DNA of 64,000 nt. Source: an uncultured Candidatus Micrarchaeota archaeon. Its GTDB lineage: Archaea > Micrarchaeota > Micrarchaeia > Micrarchaeales > Micrarchaeaceae. The notes beneath the pieces were generated by a model that saw only the letters and a list, made by a program, of their open reading frames with translations, had not been told where the DNA came from and searched no databases. A program made the position numbers and the translations under genes. Shown one piece after another: positions 40,875-51,677 of this stretch (within the stretch, counting starts at the first letter, position 1; every line of letters starts with the position of its first letter). The stretch lies in assembly GCA_963741095.1 (NCBI GenBank), contig CAVUGN010000005.1, forward strand, positions 142,711-206,710, given 5' to 3'.

Positions 40875-41111
40875 TTGGCAATAGGAATGGAAACTGCGGT
40901 AGCGGCTATCGCCGGCGCGATAGCAATAAGCGGAGGAGCAATTGGAACGGGAATGGCGCAATCCACAATCGGAAGCGCGGGCATCGGCCTGATAGCCGAG
41001 AAGCCTGAAGCGCAGGGAATTGCGATATTGTTTTTGGTGCTTCCTGAAACAATATTGATATTCGGATTCGTCGTCGCGATACTCATATTGCTCGGAGCCG
41101 GCCTGGTGTAA
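40875..41111 (+). CDS. atpK: A/V-type ATP synthase subunit K (c, single hairpin)
   Basis: IGSAGIGLIAEKPE...LPETILIFG. Confidence 0.95.
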   Translation: MAIGMETAVAAIAGAIAISGGAIGTGMAQSTIGSAGIGLIAEKPEAQGIAILFLVLPETILIFGFVVAILILLGAGLV

Positions 41112-41130
41112 CCACACAGAGGTGTATGCC

Positions 41131-41808
41131 ATGGCACTCGGCGATATCAAGCACAACATAGAGGAGCAGGCCAGGAAGGAAGCCGGCGGCATACGCGAAA
41201 CCGCTTCGAAAGAAGCGGCTGCGATAATCGGCGAAGCCAAGGAGAGGGCGAAGGGCATTCTGCAGAGCCTGGACGGCCAGGTCGAGGCGGAGCTGAAGAG
41301 ACTCCATGACGAGAGCGAGGCCAGCGGGGAGCTGGCCGCCAAGAACGTCACCCTCATCGCAAGGGAGGACGTCCTCTCGAGCGAGGCCTCGAAGATCAAG
41401 AGGCTGCTGGCGAACGACATAAGGAAGAGCAGCGGCTACGACAGGATCTTCAAGAACGCGATAAAGCAGGCGAAGGAGATAGCGCCGGCCGACGAGTTGG
41501 TCATAACCGTCGACAAGTCCGACAGGGCAAGGCTCGGGAACACCCAATCCAAGGTGGAAACCAGGAGCATGAGCGGAGGACTGGTGATAGGCTCCAAGAA
41601 CGGCGACATAGAGATAGACGCTACGATCGATCGGCTGATAGACTCGAAGTCTGACCAGATAAGGAACGCGCTGCTTGACGAGCTGTTCGGCAGCGGCAAG
41701 CGGCAGGTGCGCACGGAGGTCGCGAAGAGACCGCGCAAGGCCGTGGCGAAAAAGCCGGCAAAGGCAAAGAAGAAGCCGGCAAAGAAGGCCAGGAAGAGCA
41801 AAAAATGA
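41131..41808 (+). CDS. atpE: A/V-type ATP synthase subunit E
   Basis: N-terminal coiled coil, GGLVIGSKNGDIEIDAT; Lys/Ala-rich tail. Confidence 0.9.
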   Translation: MALGDIKHNIEEQARKEAGGIRETASKEAAAIIGEAKERAKGILQSLDGQVEAELKRLHDESEASGELAAKNVTLIAREDVLSSEASKIKRLLANDIRKSSGYDRIFKNAIKQAKEIAPADELVITVDKSDRARLGNTQSKVETRSMSGGLVIGSKNGDIEIDATIDRLIDSKSDQIRNALLDELFGSGKRQVRTEVAKRPRKAVAKKPAKAKKKPAKKARKSKK

Positions 41809-42887
41809 TACCCATGGCGCTGTTGAAGAGCTACAAGGACGCCAAACTCTACGGTTACTCCAACGCCAGGGTGAAGGCAATGAAGTCCAAGCTCGTAGGC
41901 AAGGGAGTCCTGAACGAGATCCTCAAGACCGACAGCATACCCGCCATACTCGCAAGGCTGTTGCAGACAGACTACAAGGGCTACATCGAAGAGGTGGGTG
42001 ACGTGTCGCAGCGCGCGGAGCTCGTAGACCTTGCGCTCAACAAGAGCCTTGTCGTGAACATTGAAAAGCTGGTGAGCATAGCCCCGAAGCGCGACGTGAA
42101 GATAATGGAGCGCATAGTCGGTGTGTGGGACATGTACGACATAAAATTGATACTCTACGCGAAGGCAACGAACAAGGACTTCAAGTACCTGTCAAGGTAC
42201 CTGATCAAGACGAAGAACTTCGACGACCTGTTCGTGAAGGAGGCGCTGGGAGAGCAGGACTTCTACGCGACCGCAAATCGGTTGATGAAGATAAGGAGCT
42301 ACAGGGACGAGATAGGCGCGGCGGTCGAAGCTTACAAGAAAACAAGCAACATAACCGAGGTCAACTCCGCGATAGACAGGATCTTTTTCGAGGGTCTTGG
42401 CGACGCGATAGAATCCATACAGAAGAGGTCGCCGAATGCAGGAAAGCTCATAAGGTTCGACATAGAGATGAGGAACATACTCACGCTTCTGAGGTCCAAG
42501 AAGTCCAACGTGAAGCCGGAGGACGTCGCGAATCTCATAATAAGCAACGGGATAACCTCGCCGGCGCAGTTGATCAAGGTCTACACGGGATCAAACGACC
42601 TGAAGGAGCTCATCAACAGCATCAAGAGCTTCGACCTGAGGCACGCACTGGAGAAATACCAGGCGGGCAAGTCGAAGGAGATGCTGCTCTTCGAGATAAG
42701 CATGAGAAACAGCATGTTCAAGAAGGCGATCTCGATACTGCACAGCACGGTGCTGAATTTCGGCGTGCTGATAAGTTACTTCTACCTCAAGGAGATAGAG
42801 GTGTTCACGCTCAGGATTTACATACTCGGAAGGATGCACGGCCTCACGAACGAAGAGGTAACAGGGATGGCTGAATGGCAGATATAG
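41805..42887 (+). CDS. atpC: A/V-type ATP synthase subunit C
   Basis: YGYSNARVKAMKSKL, YLKEIEV. Confidence 0.93.
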   Translation: MIPMALLKSYKDAKLYGYSNARVKAMKSKLVGKGVLNEILKTDSIPAILARLLQTDYKGYIEEVGDVSQRAELVDLALNKSLVVNIEKLVSIAPKRDVKIMERIVGVWDMYDIKLILYAKATNKDFKYLSRYLIKTKNFDDLFVKEALGEQDFYATANRLMKIRSYRDEIGAAVEAYKKTSNITEVNSAIDRIFFEGLGDAIESIQKRSPNAGKLIRFDIEMRNILTLLRSKKSNVKPEDVANLIISNGITSPAQLIKVYTGSNDLKELINSIKSFDLRHALEKYQAGKSKEMLLFEISMRNSMFKKAISILHSTVLNFGVLISYFYLKEIEVFTLRIYILGRMHGLTNEEVTGMAEWQI

Positions 42888-43228
42888 ACAACCGCGCGAA
42901 GAACGGCAAGGTCGCAGTCATAGGCGACGCGCTGCTCACGAGGGGCATGTCCTTGGGAGGAGTGAAGCACATCTACCGCGCCGATACGCGCGAGGAGGTC
43001 GAGCGCGCCGTGAAGGACGCGATGGAGAACGGCGAGATAGGCATGGTGGTGATAAACGAGAGCCTTGTGAAGAAGATCACCGACAGGAAATTATTGAACA
43101 CGATAGACAGCAGCATAGCTCCGGTGTTCGTCTTCGTGACGTCGCAGAACGAGCATGAGGAGGAGGTTGACGTGCTTAGAAGGCTGATAATAAGAGCGGT
43201 AGGAATAGACATAAGCAAAAGGAGGTGA
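42875..43228 (+). CDS. atpF: A/V-type ATP synthase subunit F
   Basis: KVAVIGD...GMSLGGV, IIRAVGIDI. Confidence 0.93.
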   Translation: MADIDNRAKNGKVAVIGDALLTRGMSLGGVKHIYRADTREEVERAVKDAMENGEIGMVVINESLVKKITDRKLLNTIDSSIAPVFVFVTSQNEHEEEVDVLRRLIIRAVGIDISKRR

Positions 43229-43232
43229 ACTA

Positions 43233-45002
43233 ATGGGAACTATAATTAGAATCGCCGGTCCACTGGCCGTAGCGAGCGAGATGCGCGGAAGCAACATGTA
43301 CGACGTGGTCAAGGTTGGATCCAAGGGCCTGATAGGCGAGATAATACAGCTGAAGGGCGACACCGCCGTGATACAGGTCTACGAAGACACGAGCGGAGTC
43401 AGGCCTGGAGAGCAGGTCGAGAGCCAGAAGGTTCCGCTTTCAGTAGAATTGGGACCGGGGCTGCTGATGCAGATATACGACGGAGTGCAGCGACCGCTCG
43501 AGATAGTCAAGGAGAAAACGGGAGCGTTCATCGGCAGGGGAGTAACAGCACCGGCCATAGACAAGAAGAAGAGATGGCACTTCCACATAAACAAGGGAGT
43601 CTCCAAGGGAACGCACGTCAAGGAGGGAGAGATAATCGGATTCGTCGAGGAAACTCCGCTGATAAAGCACTACATAATGGTGCCGTACGGCATAAAGGGA
43701 ACGATAACGTCGATAAAGGAGGGAAACTTCACGATAGAAGAGACTGTAGCAACAGTCAAAACGGAAAAGGGAGAGGTCAAGCTTTCGATGCTACAGAAGA
43801 GGTCCGTGAGGGTCCCGTCGAAATATTTGGAGAAGATAGCAACCGACACGCCGCTGATATCCGGCCAGAGGGTCATAGACACCTTCTTCCCGGTGGCGAA
43901 GGGCGGAGCAGCCGCAATACCAGGGCCGTTCGGAGCCGGCAAGACGGTAATATCGCACCAGTTTGCACGACACTCGGACGCAAACGTGATAGTTTATGTC
44001 GGTTGTGGAGAGCGCGGCAACGAGATGACAGAGGTGCTTACGGAATTCCCTGAGCTGAAGGACCCGAAGACGGGAAGGCCGCTTATGGAACGAACAGTGC
44101 TGATAGCGAACACGAGCAACATGCCCGTGGCCGCAAGAGAGGCCAGCATATACACAGGGATAACGATAGCGGAGTACTTCAGGGACATGGGCTACGATGT
44201 GGCGCTCATGGCAGACTCGACATCAAGATGGGCAGAGGCCATGAGGGAGATATCTGCAAGGCTGGAAGAGATGCCCGGAGAGGAGAGCTATCCGGCATAT
44301 CTGCCGAAGAGGCTTGCCGAGTTCTATGAAAGGGCAGGAAGAGTCAAGACGTTGAACAACAACATCGGTTCGGTCACGATAGTCGGCGCGGTGTCGCCCG
44401 CAGGAGGAGACACATCGGAGCCAGTATCACAGGGAACGCTCAGGGTCGTCAAGACCTTCTGGAGCCTCAGCGCATCGCTCGCAGGATCAAGGCACTTCCC
44501 GTCGATAGACTGGCTGCAGAGCTATTCGCTCTACCTGGACAACCTGGCGAAATGGTACACCGCCAACGTCGGCGAGGAATGGTCGAAGGCGAGGGACGAG
44601 GCCATGGCGATACTGCAGAGAGAAGCAGAGCTCAAGGACATAGTGCAGCTGGTGGGAGCGGATGCGCTTCCTGACGCCGAGCGTGTGACGCTTGAGATAG
44701 GCAGGATGATAAGGGAGGACTTCCTCAGGCAGAGCGCCTACGACGAGATTGACACTTACGCTAGCCTGAACAAGCAGAAGCTCATGCTGAGCACGATACT
44801 GCACTTCAGGAGCAGGGCCTCGAGCGTGCTCCAGATGGAGGTCAACGCCGACACGGTCGTGAAGGCGAAGGTCAGGGCAAGGATAGCGAGAATGAAGGAG
44901 ATAAAGGAGCAGGACATGGAGAAGGAGACGAAGTCGATAATGAACGAGATCGACAGCGAGTTCAACGAGATGGTAAAGGGAGGTGAAAGGGCGAGCCAAT
45001 GA
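43233..45002 (+). CDS. atpA: A/V-type ATP synthase subunit A
   Basis: [28 protein letters not shown]; no intein seen. Confidence 0.98.
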   Translation: MGTIIRIAGPLAVASEMRGSNMYDVVKVGSKGLIGEIIQLKGDTAVIQVYEDTSGVRPGEQVESQKVPLSVELGPGLLMQIYDGVQRPLEIVKEKTGAFIGRGVTAPAIDKKKRWHFHINKGVSKGTHVKEGEIIGFVEETPLIKHYIMVPYGIKGTITSIKEGNFTIEETVATVKTEKGEVKLSMLQKRSVRVPSKYLEKIATDTPLISGQRVIDTFFPVAKGGAAAIPGPFGAGKTVISHQFARHSDANVIVYVGCGERGNEMTEVLTEFPELKDPKTGRPLMERTVLIANTSNMPVAAREASIYTGITIAEYFRDMGYDVALMADSTSRWAEAMREISARLEEMPGEESYPAYLPKRLAEFYERAGRVKTLNNNIGSVTIVGAVSPAGGDTSEPVSQGTLRVVKTFWSLSASLAGSRHFPSIDWLQSYSLYLDNLAKWYTANVGEEWSKARDEAMAILQREAELKDIVQLVGADALPDAERVTLEIGRMIREDFLRQSAYDEIDTYASLNKQKLMLSTILHFRSRASSVLQMEVNADTVVKAKVRARIARMKEIKEQDMEKETKSIMNEIDSEFNEMVKGGERASQ

Positions 45003-46384
45003 ACAATTTTGAAGTCGAATACAAGACGATAAGCAGCGTTGCTGGACCTTTGGTGGTGGTCGAGAAGGTCAGGAACGCAGCCTACAACGAAGTGGTAAGG
45101 ATAAAGATGCCGAACGGCGAGGAGAGGCTTGGCCAGGTGCTTGAGAGCACGTCGAAGCACGCGGTCGTGCAGGTCTTCGGCCAGACCAGCGGCATGAACA
45201 TCAGCGAGACCTCCGTGAGCTTCTTGGGGGAAACATTCAAGATCGGGGTGTCTGACGAGATGCTTGGAAGGGTCTTCGACGGACAGGGAAGGCCGAGGGA
45301 CATAAAGTCGAATGTCGTTTACAAAGAAAGAAAGGACATAAACGGTGAGCCGATAAACCCGTCGGCGAGGGCGATGCCCAAGGATTTCATCCAGACGGGC
45401 GTGTCAGCGATAGACGGATTGGCTACCCTGGTTAGGGGACAGAAGCTGCCGATATTCTCCGGCTCAGGATTGAAGCACAACGAGCTTGCCGCCCAGATAA
45501 CGAGGCAGGCGAAGGTCAGGGGAACCACGGAGAATTTCGCAGTCGTGTTCGCCGGAATCGGCATAACCTACGACGACTCCGCGTTCTTCATAAACGACCT
45601 CAGGAAGACAGGAGCGCTCAAGAGGACGGTCGCGTTCATCAACCTCGCGGACGACCCGAGCATAGAGCGTATACTCACGCCGAGGCTGGCACTCACGACA
45701 GCGGAGTACCTTGCGTACAGCATGGACATGCACGTGCTTGTCATACTTACGGACATGACGAACTACTGCGAAGCGCTCAGGGAGCTCTCAAGCGCAAGGG
45801 AGGAGGTGCCGGGCAGGAGAGGCTATCCGGGATACATGTACACGGACCTTGCGAGCATATACGAAAGGGCAGGACTGATACTCGGCAAGAAGGGCAGCAT
45901 AACCCAATTGAACATACTCACGATGCCCAGCGACGATATAACGCACCCGATACCGGACCTTACCGGTTACATTACCGAGGGCAACATATACCTGAGCAGG
46001 GAGCTTTCCAACAAGAATGTCTACCCGCCGATAAACCCGCTCAGCTCTTTGTCGAGGCTTATGAACAACGGCATAGGCAAGGGCAAGACAAGAGAGGATC
46101 ATAGGGGTGTCGCAGACCAATTGTACGGAGCATACTCGAAGGCGCAGGAAGCGAAGAGCCTCAGCTCGATAGTCGGAACCGAGGCGCTGAGCGAAAGCGA
46201 CAGGCAGTACCTGAAGTTCGGCGAACGTTTTGAAAAGGAGTTCCTATCGCAGGGGCCTTACGAGGACAGGGACATAGAGAAGACGCTCAACATAGGCTGG
46301 GACCTGCTTTCGATGTTCGACAAGACCGAGCTCACGAGAGTGAAGTCGGAGTACATCGAGAAGTACTACAAGCAAAAGGCATGA
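44999..46384 (+). CDS. atpB: A/V-type ATP synthase subunit B
   Basis: [29 protein letters not shown]. Confidence 0.98.
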   Translation: MNNFEVEYKTISSVAGPLVVVEKVRNAAYNEVVRIKMPNGEERLGQVLESTSKHAVVQVFGQTSGMNISETSVSFLGETFKIGVSDEMLGRVFDGQGRPRDIKSNVVYKERKDINGEPINPSARAMPKDFIQTGVSAIDGLATLVRGQKLPIFSGSGLKHNELAAQITRQAKVRGTTENFAVVFAGIGITYDDSAFFINDLRKTGALKRTVAFINLADDPSIERILTPRLALTTAEYLAYSMDMHVLVILTDMTNYCEALRELSSAREEVPGRRGYPGYMYTDLASIYERAGLILGKKGSITQLNILTMPSDDITHPIPDLTGYITEGNIYLSRELSNKNVYPPINPLSSLSRLMNNGIGKGKTREDHRGVADQLYGAYSKAQEAKSLSSIVGTEALSESDRQYLKFGERFEKEFLSQGPYEDRDIEKTLNIGWDLLSMFDKTELTRVKSEYIEKYYKQKA

Positions 46385-46388
46385 GATT

Positions 46389-47021
46389 GTGGCAATCAAC
46401 CCGACAAGGATGAACCTCATCAGCACAAAGAAGAAGATAGGCCTTGCCAAGAGGGGGTACACGCTCCTGAAGAGGAAAAGGGAGGTGCTCGTCATAGAGT
46501 TCCTCAAGCTGCTCAACGATTCCACGAAGGACCGCGGCTACATGCAGGAAGTGCTGCAGAACTCCTACAAGACCCTGGCGCTCTCGTCCACCTACATCGG
46601 CGACATTCCGCTTGACGAGGCTGCGAATTACATAAAGGAGCCGCAGCCGATAAGGATACAATCGAAGAACATCATGGGCGTGAGAATCCCAGAGATAGAG
46701 CACAGCAACGAGAACCCCAACATACTGGACAGGGGTTATTCGCTTCTGTCGACGAGCGTAGCGGTCGACGATGTCAACGAATCCTTCAACGAGGTCTTGA
46801 ACACAGTGGTAGACGTTGCGAAGAGGGAACAGGGCCTGAAGAGGCTTGTCCTCGAGGTCGAGAAGGTCAAGAGAAGGGTCAACGCGCTCGAGTACGTGCT
46901 GCTCCCGAACCTGAACAAGCAGACCAAGTACATATCGATGAGGCTTGAGGAGATAGAGAGGGACACCTTCTCGGGACTGAAGCACGTGAAGAAGAGGCTT
47001 GAGGAGAAAGAGGAGGACTGA
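46389..47021 (+). CDS. atpD: A/V-type ATP synthase subunit D
   Basis: NPTRMNL, RGYTLLKRKR, KRRVNALEY. Confidence 0.96.
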   Translation: MAINPTRMNLISTKKKIGLAKRGYTLLKRKREVLVIEFLKLLNDSTKDRGYMQEVLQNSYKTLALSSTYIGDIPLDEAANYIKEPQPIRIQSKNIMGVRIPEIEHSNENPNILDRGYSLLSTSVAVDDVNESFNEVLNTVVDVAKREQGLKRLVLEVEKVKRRVNALEYVLLPNLNKQTKYISMRLEEIERDTFSGLKHVKKRLEEKEED

Positions 47022-47027
47022 TTCATC

Positions 47028-47771
47028 TTACTTTTTGCCGTGCTCGTCGAAAACCCTCTTGTAGGTGTCGAGAGTGCCTATGTCGTACCACTTGCCATGG
47101 TAGACGTGGCCGCGCACCACAGTGTTTTCCGACAGCCATTTTATGAAATACCCGGGGCTGTCAGGGTTGTTCCCGTCCTTCAGGTATTCTTCGAATTTGC
47201 CCAGCGATTCCTTCGGAAATATGTATATCCCGGTGCTTATGAGCGTCGATTTCGGTTTTTCCGGCTTCTCCTCGAACGAGACTATCCGGTTGTTTTTCAG
47301 CGCGACCACACCGAATTTTTTCGCCTCTTTCTTGGAGCGTATGTTGTAGAGGCCGACCACAGGCTTCCGGTGCCTGTTGAAGTCGGCGATCGCGTCCTTG
47401 AGGCTGAAGTCGTAGAGGTTGTCGCCCGCCACGATGATGAGATCGCTGTCGATGCGCGCCTTCTTGATCGCGTAGTTTATCCCTCGTATGGCCCCGAACT
47501 TCTCGGCGTTGCTCATTGTCTTCTCAATGACCATGTCTATCTTGATGTTGTGCTTGCGGGATATGTTGTTGATCCAGTAGCCGAAGTGGCCGAGGAACTT
47601 CGCGTTGGTCGAGAGCATTATGTCCTTCACTTCGGAGTCCAGCAGGTCCTCGAAGATGTACTCGACTATGGGCTTGCCGCTCCGGTCGGTGGGCAGCATT
47701 GCCTTTGGCATGAAATATGTTATCGGCTCGAGCCTTGTCGCGAAGCCGCCGCAGAGCATCAATGCTTTCAT
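47028..47771 (-). CDS. sugar-phosphate nucleotidyltransferase
   Basis: MKALMLCGGFATRLEP...PKAMLP, AGDNL, FEEKP, WYDIGT. Confidence 0.92.
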   Translation of the reverse strand: MKALMLCGGFATRLEPITYFMPKAMLPTDRSGKPIVEYIFEDLLDSEVKDIMLSTNAKFLGHFGYWINNISRKHNIKIDMVIEKTMSNAEKFGAIRGINYAIKKARIDSDLIIVAGDNLYDFSLKDAIADFNRHRKPVVGLYNIRSKKEAKKFGVVALKNNRIVSFEEKPEKPKSTLISTGIYIFPKESLGKFEEYLKDGNNPDSPGYFIKWLSENTVVRGHVYHGKWYDIGTLDTYKRVFDEHGKK

Positions 47772-47822
47772 GTGATCATGCATGAAGATATTCAAATTAA
47801 TCTTTAAATATGCATTACCGGA

Positions 47823-48896
47823 TCAGAAAAACAGGCTGGGGATGTGCCCAGCTATTGACTGATAGGCCTCGCAGGAGGTCCAGCAGGCGGGTTCTTTGCC
47901 TTCCTTTATGAGCGATCTCACCCCTTCCGCGTCCTTGCTGCGCCATAGCGGTTCGAGGTCATAGGCGGTCTCGCGCACATTGCCGAGCCTCCAGTCCCAC
48001 ATTATCGAGGGGTAGACCTCTCCGCCGCTGGAAAGGAAGAGCGACGCCTCGAGGCTCCTGGTCCTCATCGGCGGCTTGCCCGTCTTGATGTAGTCCACGA
48101 GTCTCCTCAGATAGGCGCTCTCCATCATCTGCACCGGCCCGAATCGAAGCTCCCTCTTTCTTATGAAATTCCTGAGCTCTTCCGACATCACGATGTTGTC
48201 GGCGTGCATGTCGGTGTCCTTGTTGCCGTAGTATATGTTGGAGACCTGGCTCAGGTTGACATGGAAGTCGTTGCGCGTGACCCAGTCATGCTCGCCCTTG
48301 ACCGCCTTGTAGGTCTGCTCCAAGGCACCCTGGTTGAACTTGCTCATTGTGTAGCCGAACAGGAACGACACGCCCTTGTTCTGCCCGCGCATTTCATGCA
48401 GGCGCCCCGCAAGGTCCATCACCCTGTCGAAGTTTCCCTTGACGCCGCGGATCCTGTCGTGCACCTCCCTGTAGCCGTCAAGGCTCAGCGTCAAAACTAT
48501 GCGAGGCACGCCCAACTCGAGCATCTGCTCCACTCTTTTCGTGATCATGTCGCTGCTGCAGAGGGAGTTGGTCGGCGTAGAGATCAGGTAGAGGCCCTTC
48601 GAATTGGCCAGGAACGAATTGGCTATCTCGACAATCTCGCTCCTCAGGAACGGCTCGCCGCCGGTGAGCTCTATCCATTTGAAATAGCTGTTCTTCTTCG
48701 CGAACTCTGTTATCTCGTCCAGCGATAATTCCTTGCTGGGCTTCTGCTTCCATATGCTGCAGGTCTCGCACCTTGACTGGCATCGGTAGGTTATCGCGTA
48801 GTTCAGCTTGTAGGGATGGCTGAGCCGGGCCACGTTGCTCTTCAGGACCGTCATGCCGAGGCCCGCGAACCTGCTTGCAGATCTCAAGGTGTCCAC
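47823..48896 (-). CDS. radical SAM protein with degenerate SPASM/twitch domain
   Basis: CQSRCETC, TGGEPF, SLDG...HDRIRG. Confidence 0.9.
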   Translation of the reverse strand: MDTLRSASRFAGLGMTVLKSNVARLSHPYKLNYAITYRCQSRCETCSIWKQKPSKELSLDEITEFAKKNSYFKWIELTGGEPFLRSEIVEIANSFLANSKGLYLISTPTNSLCSSDMITKRVEQMLELGVPRIVLTLSLDGYREVHDRIRGVKGNFDRVMDLAGRLHEMRGQNKGVSFLFGYTMSKFNQGALEQTYKAVKGEHDWVTRNDFHVNLSQVSNIYYGNKDTDMHADNIVMSEELRNFIRKRELRFGPVQMMESAYLRRLVDYIKTGKPPMRTRSLEASLFLSSGGEVYPSIMWDWRLGNVRETAYDLEPLWRSKDAEGVRSLIKEGKEPACWTSCEAYQSIAGHIPSLFF

Positions 48897-48951
48897 GCTG
48901 ATACCACACTTTTTCCTTATTTAAACCTTCAGTGGCGGGATTTCGGAATCA

Positions 48952-49338
48952 TCATTTCTTGGCGCCGGGCTTCAGGGAGGATATTATCTGGTCGACTATG
49001 AGCTTCGCCAGCTTCTTGTTCTCAGGCGTGTTCTCGATGACCACCAGCTTCATGTCCTCGGGCATCCAGGGATAGCTGTTGGGGTTGCCCGCGTCCTTGA
49101 ACGCTATGCTCTTGCGCTCCAGGACGTCGAAGTATTCGCTCGCATCCACGCCGTAGGCGACCTGGATCTCTTCCGGCGTCGTGGCGTCCGCGTACATCAG
49201 GGCGCCGCCCTCGAGCTCCGCCAGGGCCTCAAAATCGGAGAGCAGGCTCTTGGAAAGCACCTTGTCGTTCCCGCCCTTTCCGATCTTCTGTTCCAGCTCT
49301 TTTATCTTGCGCAGCAGTTCGTTTTTTGATTCCTTCAT
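48952..49338 (-). CDS. hypothetical protein
   Basis: C-terminal 128 aa of ORF 48952..49770 from MKESKNELL; the upstream part is antisense to the ABC gene. Confidence 0.7.
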   Translation of the reverse strand: MKESKNELLRKIKELEQKIGKGGNDKVLSKSLLSDFEALAELEGGALMYADATTPEEIQVAYGVDASEYFDVLERKSIAFKDAGNPNSYPWMPEDMKLVVIENTPENKKLAKLIVDQIISSLKPGAKK

Positions 49339-49471
49339 TGCAAAACCTGCATCGATCGGATTGTGGCCGACCGCAAGATTAATTGAACCTGAAAGCTTAA
49401 CAGCATTTCTGTGCGCACCGAAAAGCGCACTTTTGCGAAAAGTTATTAGATACTGATTTCGTAATACGCGT

Positions 49472-50479
49472 ATGGAGGGCTCCACTGGAAAGTATTCGAT
49501 AATCGCCAACAACCTTGTGAGGAAGTTCGGCGGCTTCACTGCGGTTGACAAGGTCTCGTTCAAGGTCAAGGAGGGCGAGATATTCGGGTTGCTCGGGCCG
49601 AACGGCGCGGGCAAGACCACCACCATATCGATGCTCTCGACGATAATAGGGATCACCTCAGGCTCTGCAACGATAAACGGCAAGGACGTGAAGACGGAAA
49701 AGGACGCGGTCAGGAATCTCATAGGCATAGTGTTCCAGGACCCGAGCCTTGACGACGAGCTCACGGGCATGGAGAACCTCGACTTCCACGCCAGGCTCTA
49801 CGGGGTGAAGGGCGATGAGAAGAAGGAAGCTATAGCAAAGGTGCTGAAGCTCGTGGAGCTTGAGGACAAGGCCAACAGGCAGGTCAAGACCTACTCCGGA
49901 GGCATGAAAAGAAGGCTGGAGATAGCCAGGGGATTCATACACAACCCCAAGGTTCTTTTCCTGGACGAGCCGACCATAGGGCTGGATCCGCAGACCAGGA
50001 GGAAGATCTGGGACTACGTTAAGAAGCTCAACAAGGAGACAAAGCTCACCATAATGCTGACGACGCACTACATAGAAGAAGCGGACGAGCTGTGCAACAG
50101 GGTCGCGATAATAGACCACGGCAGGATAATAAAGATGGACACGCCGGAGAGACTGAAGGACTCTCTTGGCGGCGACATAATAAGGATAGGCTCGAGCAAT
50201 GGCGGCAAACTGGCCGAACTGATCAAGAAGGCCAAGTTCGCGGTATCGGTCAAGGAACGCAGCGACAGCCTGGAGGTAACGACGAAGAACGGCAGCGAGG
50301 CGATACCGAAGATAATCGGGATTGCGAAAGACGCGGGCATAGAGGTCGCGTACACCACGCTCAAGAGGCCGACCCTGGAGGATGTTTTCATAAGCCTGAC
50401 GGGCAAGGAGATCAGGGAGGAGGGCGCGAGCGATGTGGATCAGTTGAAGCGCAACTACAGGTTCAGAGGAAGGAGATGA
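49472..50479 (+). CDS. ABC-2 exporter ATP-binding protein (DrrA-like)
   Basis: GPNGAGKT, YSGGMKRRLEIA, LDEPTIGLDP, PTLEDVF. Confidence 0.95.
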   Translation: MEGSTGKYSIIANNLVRKFGGFTAVDKVSFKVKEGEIFGLLGPNGAGKTTTISMLSTIIGITSGSATINGKDVKTEKDAVRNLIGIVFQDPSLDDELTGMENLDFHARLYGVKGDEKKEAIAKVLKLVELEDKANRQVKTYSGGMKRRLEIARGFIHNPKVLFLDEPTIGLDPQTRRKIWDYVKKLNKETKLTIMLTTHYIEEADELCNRVAIIDHGRIIKMDTPERLKDSLGGDIIRIGSSNGGKLAELIKKAKFAVSVKERSDSLEVTTKNGSEAIPKIIGIAKDAGIEVAYTTLKRPTLEDVFISLTGKEIREEGASDVDQLKRNYRFRGRR

Positions 50480-51252
50480 ACATGACGAACTTGATTGAGA
50501 CTATATACACTGTTTGGCTCAGGGAGACGATAAGATTCCTCAAGTCCAAATCGAGAATCGTCGGATCCGGAGGCCAGCCGTTCATCTGGCTTGCGATAGC
50601 CGGAGTGGGATTCAGCTCCGCCTTCGTGCTTTCCGGAGGAGTTTCCTACCTCACGTTCATGGCGCCGGGCATAATCGGGATGACGCTGCTCTTCAGCTCG
50701 ATATTCTCGGGGGTCAATGTCATTTGGGACAGGCAGTTCGGGTTCCTCAAGGAGATGCTCATAGCGCCGGTCTCGAGAGTGGGCATAGTGCTCGGGAAGA
50801 TAGCAGGAAGCGCCACCGTATCCTTGATCACGGCCGTTGTGATATTGGTGGTGGAGGTCGCATTCAACGTGTTGCCGCTCAGCGACCTGAGCGTCATCGG
50901 CCTGATGGAAGCGGTGGCCTTCATGGTGCTGATACCTTGCGCTTTTGTCTCGGTGGGATTGATAATCGCCTCGACGGTCGACAATGTCGAGGGCTTCCAG
51001 GTGATAATAAACTTCCTTGTGATGCCCCTGTTCTTCCTCTCCGGCGCGCTCTTCCCGCTGACTAACGCGCCGGAATGGATGAAGTTCGTCTCGGCGATTG
51101 ATCCGCTTCGCTACGGCGTTGATGGCATGCGCGGCGCGTTGATAGGAGTCAGCAGCTACCCGGTGTACCTGGACCTGTTGGTGGTTCTGGCAAGCGCGAT
51201 AGTGCTTGTGCTCATCGCTGACTTCGCGTTCAACAGGATAGAGGGCAAGTAG
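50476..51252 (+). CDS. ABC-2 type permease
   Basis: FMAPGIIGM, WDRQFGFLKEMLIAPVSR, FFLSGALFP. Confidence 0.95.
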   Translation: MNMTNLIETIYTVWLRETIRFLKSKSRIVGSGGQPFIWLAIAGVGFSSAFVLSGGVSYLTFMAPGIIGMTLLFSSIFSGVNVIWDRQFGFLKEMLIAPVSRVGIVLGKIAGSATVSLITAVVILVVEVAFNVLPLSDLSVIGLMEAVAFMVLIPCAFVSVGLIIASTVDNVEGFQVIINFLVMPLFFLSGALFPLTNAPEWMKFVSAIDPLRYGVDGMRGALIGVSSYPVYLDLLVVLASAIVLVLIADFAFNRIEGK

Positions 51253-51253
51253 G

Positions 51254-51595
51254 TTACATGTACCTGACGAATCGGTTGTCCTTGTCGACAAGGACCTTCT
51301 GCGCCTTGATTGGAGTTTCTGACAGTTCGAAGCCCATGATTATCACGATGTCACCCTTATTCATCAGAAGCGCGGCAGGGCCGTTCATGCATATTATCCC
51401 AGAATCCCTTTTCTCTGGGATCACGTATGTCTCCAGCCTTTTGCCGGCAGTCAGGTCGGTGACAAGCACCTTCTCCCCTTCCATCAGGCCCGCTTTTTCG
51501 AGGAGGGCCTCGTCTATGCCGATGCTGCCGGTGTAGTTGACATTCGCCTCGGTTACCGTCGCCTTGTGTATCTTTGACCGGAGTATCCATCTCAT
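51254..51595 (-). CDS. panD: aspartate 1-decarboxylase (pyruvoyl)
   Basis: SKIHKATVTEANVNYTG|SIGID, RLETYVI, ICMNGPAA. Confidence 0.93.
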   Translation of the reverse strand: MRWILRSKIHKATVTEANVNYTGSIGIDEALLEKAGLMEGEKVLVTDLTAGKRLETYVIPEKRDSGIICMNGPAALLMNKGDIVIIMGFELSETPIKAQKVLVDKDNRFVRYM

Positions 51596-51677
51596 TGCCG
51601 CACCTACCTGAAATGCAATCCACTAAGAATTTAAATAGCTTTCAAGGACGTCGTTAAGTGACGTAATGGATACTTTC

